Source: an uncultured Actinomycetes bacterium (GTDB lineage Bacteria; Actinomycetota; Actinomycetes; Nanopelagicales; Nanopelagicaceae). From it: a DNA stretch of 47,578 nucleotides. Shown here in pieces: positions 45,232 through 47,578 of this stretch (positions are counted from its first letter, which is position 1; every line of letters begins with the position of its first letter). Location of the stretch: NCBI GenBank assembly GCA_964654815.1, contig CAZZLH010000001.1, positions 1 to 47,578 of the forward strand, written 5' to 3'. Under the pieces are notes generated by a model. The model was not told the origin of the DNA. It was given only the letters and a program-made list of their open reading frames with translations, and did no database searches. Both the position numbers and the translations under genes were made by a program.

Positions 45232-46685
45232 GTAATATCGAATTAGGTTTCGTAGGTAGCGCCAGATTCTTATGGCGTCAATTAACCAGCATGCGGACCG
45301 CTCTGATTTTATTATTGTTGACCGCTTTGGCGGCAATCCCAGGTTCTTTATTGCCACAGCGCACTGCTGGTCCAATCCCAGTGCAAGATTTCTTTAACGC
45401 CAACCCTGATCTGGCGCGCTTCTTAGATAAATTATGGATGTTTGATGTTTATGGCTCACCATGGTTTAGCGCTATTTATATATTGCTATTTATCTCGCTG
45501 ATTGGTTGTGTGATACCTCGGACCTTCGAACATGCCAAAACTATTAAGGCCGCGCCTCCAGTGGCGCCTAGTCGACTGGAGCGGATGGAGCATTACCAGA
45601 GCTTCACTGGTGATTTGAAGACTGCTGAAGCGTTTTTGAAATCCAAGGGTTTTCGAGTCCGACATGAAGAGAATTGGGTCAGCGCTGAGAAAGGCTACAT
45701 TCGTGAAGTTGGAAATCTTCTATTCCACCTCTCGCTAATTCTGATACTGCTTGGCGTAAGTGTTGGGTCCCTATTTGGCATGCGGGGAGACTCGATCGTG
45801 AATATTGGAGAGCGATTTACCAATATCCCCACAAATTATGACTCAGTAACTTACGGCAAATTATTTAGCGACAGAATGCTCTCGCCTTTCTCGATCAAAG
45901 CCGATAATTTTGTTGCTAAATACAATCCAATTACAAATCAGCCTGAGGATTACACGCTATTTGTATCAGTTGCAGAGAATCCTGATGCCAAACCGGTTAA
46001 GAAAATAATTAAAGTTAATTCACCATTAGATTTTGGTTGGACCTCGGTATACCTTCAAGCAAATGGCTATTCACCTTTGGTGACGGTCCGTAATGCTAAG
46101 GACGAGATAGTCTTTCAAGGTGCGGTGCCGTTATTGCCACAAGATGCCAATCTCTCTTCAATAGGGGCAATCAAAGTGCCCGACACTTCACCGCAACTTG
46201 GCTTTGTAGCCTCCTTCTTCCCAACAATTGATGAGCAGAAAGGAGAGGCGGCCAGAAGCGCTTATCCCGAAGCCTTAGACCCTCGATTATTTATCGCAAC
46301 TTATGTGGGAGATCTCCAGCTTGACAATGGCATTCCACAATCAGTTTACAAACTCAATACACAGAAGATGGATCAGATTGGACTTACCAAATTAAAGGTA
46401 GGAGAGCGCTATACCTTTGATGAGGGTTCCCTCACATTTGAAGGTTATGTGCCTTGGGTTAACTTGAATATCGTACGAGATCCCGGAAAAGGGGTCGCAT
46501 TGATTGGTGGAATTCTCGCAATTCTAGGATTATTGGCTTCGTTGTTCACCCGCCATCGCAGAATTTGGCTCCGCAGCAACGGCTCGCAATTGGAGATTGC
46601 TGGCCTTGCCAAGAACGCCGCGCCTGGTTTGGCAGATGAAATATCGACAGTAGTTAAGAATTTAACCCGCAGTAATCAGAATTAA
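45228..46685 (+). CDS. resB: Cytochrome c biogenesis protein ResB (Ccs1)
   Basis: N-terminal [16 protein letters not shown] pattern, TM helices flanking a large extracytoplasmic domain, and the ccdA-resB-ccsB gene order. Confidence 0.9.
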   Translation: MSNIELGFVGSARFLWRQLTSMRTALILLLLTALAAIPGSLLPQRTAGPIPVQDFFNANPDLARFLDKLWMFDVYGSPWFSAIYILLFISLIGCVIPRTFEHAKTIKAAPPVAPSRLERMEHYQSFTGDLKTAEAFLKSKGFRVRHEENWVSAEKGYIREVGNLLFHLSLILILLGVSVGSLFGMRGDSIVNIGERFTNIPTNYDSVTYGKLFSDRMLSPFSIKADNFVAKYNPITNQPEDYTLFVSVAENPDAKPVKKIIKVNSPLDFGWTSVYLQANGYSPLVTVRNAKDEIVFQGAVPLLPQDANLSSIGAIKVPDTSPQLGFVASFFPTIDEQKGEAARSAYPEALDPRLFIATYVGDLQLDNGIPQSVYKLNTQKMDQIGLTKLKVGERYTFDEGSLTFEGYVPWVNLNIVRDPGKGVALIGGILAILGLLASLFTRHRRIWLRSNGSQLEIAGLAKNAAPGLADEISTVVKNLTRSNQN

Positions 46686-46721
46686 AGCAGAAGTAGTAAT
46701 TAGTAATAAACAGGAGTAATC

Positions 46722-47578
46722 ATGAGTAGCGAGAGCTGGGCTTATCTCTCTAATGACTTGGTTTATGCCAGTATGGCGATTTACACCTTGGCATTTCTGG
46801 CGCATGCTTACGAAACTGCATGGTCAGTTCGCAACCCGGTTAATCGTGATGAGACCCAAGGCAATTTGCTAGTTAAAACCTTGGATTACACCAAGACTGA
46901 GAAGGTGGCGCGAATTGCAACTGCGCTAATGATCCTAAGCACTCTATTGCTCTTTGGCGGCGTAGTGGCTAGAGGAATTTCTGCTGGGCGTGTGCCGTGG
47001 AGCAACATGTATGAATTCTCTATTACTGGTGCGTTGGCATTTAGCGTTGCCTATTTGGCGACTTTACGTAAATATGATTTGCGCTGGTTGGGATTACCAG
47101 TTTCTATCTTTATCTTGTTGACGCTCGGAACTGCGGTTACCGTGCTCTATCGCCCGAGCGCTCCTTTGGTGCCGGCGCTTGATTCAATTTGGTTGGTAAT
47201 TCACGTATCGGCTGCGATTATCTCGGGCGGCGTATTCTTTTTAGCCAATGTGATCTCGGGAATGTATCTCTGGTTGGACTCAATAGAGAAGAAAGGTGGT
47301 CGTAATCCTTGGGCAAGACGGCTGCCTGAATTAGAGACTTTGGATCAACTTGCCTATCGATTAGTGGCCTTTGTATTTCCGCTTTGGACCTTTGCGGTAA
47401 TTGCAGGAGCGATCTGGGCCGAACATGCATGGGGGCGTTACTGGGGCTGGGATCCAAAAGAGACTTGGGCCTTCATCACCTGGGTGGCATATGCCGCTTA
47501 TTTACATGCGCGCGTAACTGTTGGTTGGCGCGGACGTAAAGCTGCTTGGTTATGTTTGTTAGCTGGCTCTACTTTTAT
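46722..47578 (+). CDS. ccsB: Cytochrome c biogenesis heme-handling protein CcsB/CcsA (ResC), 3'-truncated by the window edge
   Basis: Not in the ORF track because no stop falls within the window. ATG 46722 follows CAGGAG. My hand translation gives a multi-TM protein ending with the WWD motif AWGRYWGWDPKETWAFITW. Confidence 0.88.
   Translation, partial: MSSESWAYLSNDLVYASMAIYTLAFLAHAYETAWSVRNPVNRDETQGNLLVKTLDYTKTEKVARIATALMILSTLLLFGGVVARGISAGRVPWSNMYEFSITGALAFSVAYLATLRKYDLRWLGLPVSIFILLTLGTAVTVLYRPSAPLVPALDSIWLVIHVSAAIISGGVFFLANVISGMYLWLDSIEKKGGRNPWARRLPELETLDQLAYRLVAFVFPLWTFAVIAGAIWAEHAWGRYWGWDPKETWAFITWVAYAAYLHARVTVGWRGRKAAWLCLLAGSTF

Noticed and set aside
1-47578. CRISPR arrays, IS elements, integrases, toxin-antitoxin pairs or known phage-defence genes
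   Set aside because: Reading both strands showed no regularly spaced direct repeats and no transposase, integrase or recombinase motifs. No small paired ORFs lie outside the annotated genes, and the non-coding spacers are too short to hide such elements.

Overview
This 47.6 kb window is almost entirely coding: 46 protein genes, one tRNA, and no non-coding gap longer than about 100 bp. Gene content and order match the conserved actinobacterial chromosome backbone. Recognisable blocks are tmk-holB; dacB...tilS-hpt-ftsH-folE-folP-folB-folK-panC-coaX-lysS...clpC / radA; proC...bS22; and histidine phosphatase-resA-like-ccdA-resB-ccsB. The moderate-to-low GC content and extreme compaction suggest a streamlined freshwater-type actinobacterium (acI/Nanopelagicales-like). 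That assignment is inference only. I found no rRNA, CRISPR array, transposase, integrase or prophage genes, and no obvious pseudogenes. Most of the window is ordinary housekeeping. The best candidate for an under-described system is a translationally coupled minus-strand module at 37609-43300. It encodes a HAD phosphatase, a 717-aa protein with an internal copy of the XPB N-terminal domain and a WYL-like C-terminus, an M20 metallopeptidase, and an XPB (ERCC3-type) helicase. Other observations worth a second look:
- a Fur-family 7-1-7 palindrome (Nur-box-like) in the divergent spacer between a NiCoT nickel/cobalt permease and a secreted DmfA2-like protein;
- a consistent leaderless-promoter signature (TANNNT ending 6-7 nt before the start codon) at nine unit-leading genes, including back-to-back promoters in 20-31 bp spacers;
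- 3' overlaps at all five convergent CDS pairs;
- an unlisted 32-aa bS22 ribosomal protein gene;
- an MFS-dTMP kinase fusion;
- a Cys-rich protein co-transcribed with radA where disA is expected;
- an in-frame 12-bp tandem repeat in a signal peptide;
- a large secreted HExxH-FN3-propeller protein.
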